This document shows, piece by piece, positions 54,561 through 54,803 of a DNA stretch of 54,803 nucleotides (positions within the stretch are counted from its first letter, which is position 1; the number at the start of each line of letters is the position of its first letter). The translations under genes and the position numbers were made by a program. The notes below the pieces were generated by a model. That model was given only the letters and a program-made list of their open reading frames with translations, ran no database searches and was not told the origin of the DNA. Source of the stretch: Candidatus Rokuibacteriota bacterium (GTDB lineage Bacteria > Methylomirabilota > Methylomirabilia > Rokubacteriales > CSP1-6); assembly GCA_003220335.1 (NCBI GenBank), contig QHSB01000085.1:1-54803 (forward strand), written 5' to 3'.

Positions 54561-54803
54561 GGCGCGGTGAACCTCCGGACGACGGCGGCGTGGTCGTGGC
54601 GCGCGCCGTCGCGGACGCGGCGGCGGGCGGCCAGCGTGTCGGGCAGCCGGCGCGCGTTGTGGGCGAAGGCCAGGACGATCGAGAGCGCGAGCTTGAGGTT
54701 GCGGCGGCTCACGTGCCACGCGATGCGCGCCACGAGCGCCGCGATCAGCCGTGCGGCATCGCGCGCCGGCAGCACCTTGAGGCCGAAGCGAAGAAGATTG
54801 GTG
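54557..54803 (-). CDS. C-terminal end of an upstream CDS that starts beyond the right edge (possibly a GT2-type glycosyltransferase tail)
   Basis: The minus-strand frame is open from the window edge (…TNLLRFGLKVLPARDAARLIAALVARIAWHVSRRNLKLAL…) to the stop at 54557-54559, which overlaps the epimerase ATG (ATGA). The helical, Arg-rich tail resembles the C-termini of WbbL-like GT2 enzymes. This is a weak call. Confidence 0.4.
   Translation of the reverse strand, partial: TNLLRFGLKVLPARDAARLIAALVARIAWHVSRRNLKLALSIVLAFAHNARRLPDTLAARRRVRDGARHDHAAVVRRFTAP

Noticed and set aside
54557-54775. The 72-aa track ORF considered as a stand-alone small protein.
   Set aside because: The frame stays open to the right window edge, so it is the C-terminal end of a larger gene that starts outside the window.

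Overview
Very GC-rich bacterial chromosomal window (third codon positions are almost uniformly G/C). An LptD homologue indicates a diderm, but there is no rRNA or tRNA, so I make no firm taxonomic call. I support 46 protein-coding features. 44 are on the minus strand and the only plus-strand genes are a RHH-antitoxin/MazF-toxin pair. Genes are packed very tightly: 24 of 43 minus-strand junctions are 1-nt (TGATG) or 4-nt (ATGA/GTGA/TTGA) start/stop overlaps. Many ORF-track entries are therefore over-extended at the 5' end, and I trimmed them. Left part (1-15.8 kb) is housekeeping: ftsK (partial), rnj, mazEF-type pair, M23 peptidase, rsmA, coaE, polA, glnE, glnB, Na/Pi cotransporter, histidine phosphatase, gltX. 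Middle (15.9-31 kb): a DUF362 / polyprenyl-phosphate phosphoribosyltransferase / UDP-HexNAc dehydrogenase / aminotransferase module coupled to lptD, then folC-accD-trpA-trpB-trpF-trpC, an archaeal-type nicotinate phosphoribosyltransferase, galU and an MscS-family channel. Right part (31-54.8 kb, running off the edge) is a large one-strand glycoconjugate locus. It holds a WecA-family initiating transferase, DegT aminotransferase, PIG-L deacetylase, WbqC, a membrane PHP-like protein, seven stand-alone GT4 enzymes, two glycosyltransferase::methyltransferase fusions, a GT2::GT87(DUF2029) fusion, a stand-alone GT87-like protein, another large polytopic protein, AsnB and an SDR epimerase with a Cys4 insertion. 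No Wzx/Wzy/Wzz or ABC exporter is visible. Non-coding structure: a bipartite GC-palindromic intergenic element occurs at four sites (one carrying a perfect 60-bp tandem duplication), and a 234-bp in-frame tandem duplication sits inside a GT4 gene. The long antisense ORFs in the track are GC-driven shadows and are rejected. All functional calls rest on motif recognition by eye, not on database searches.
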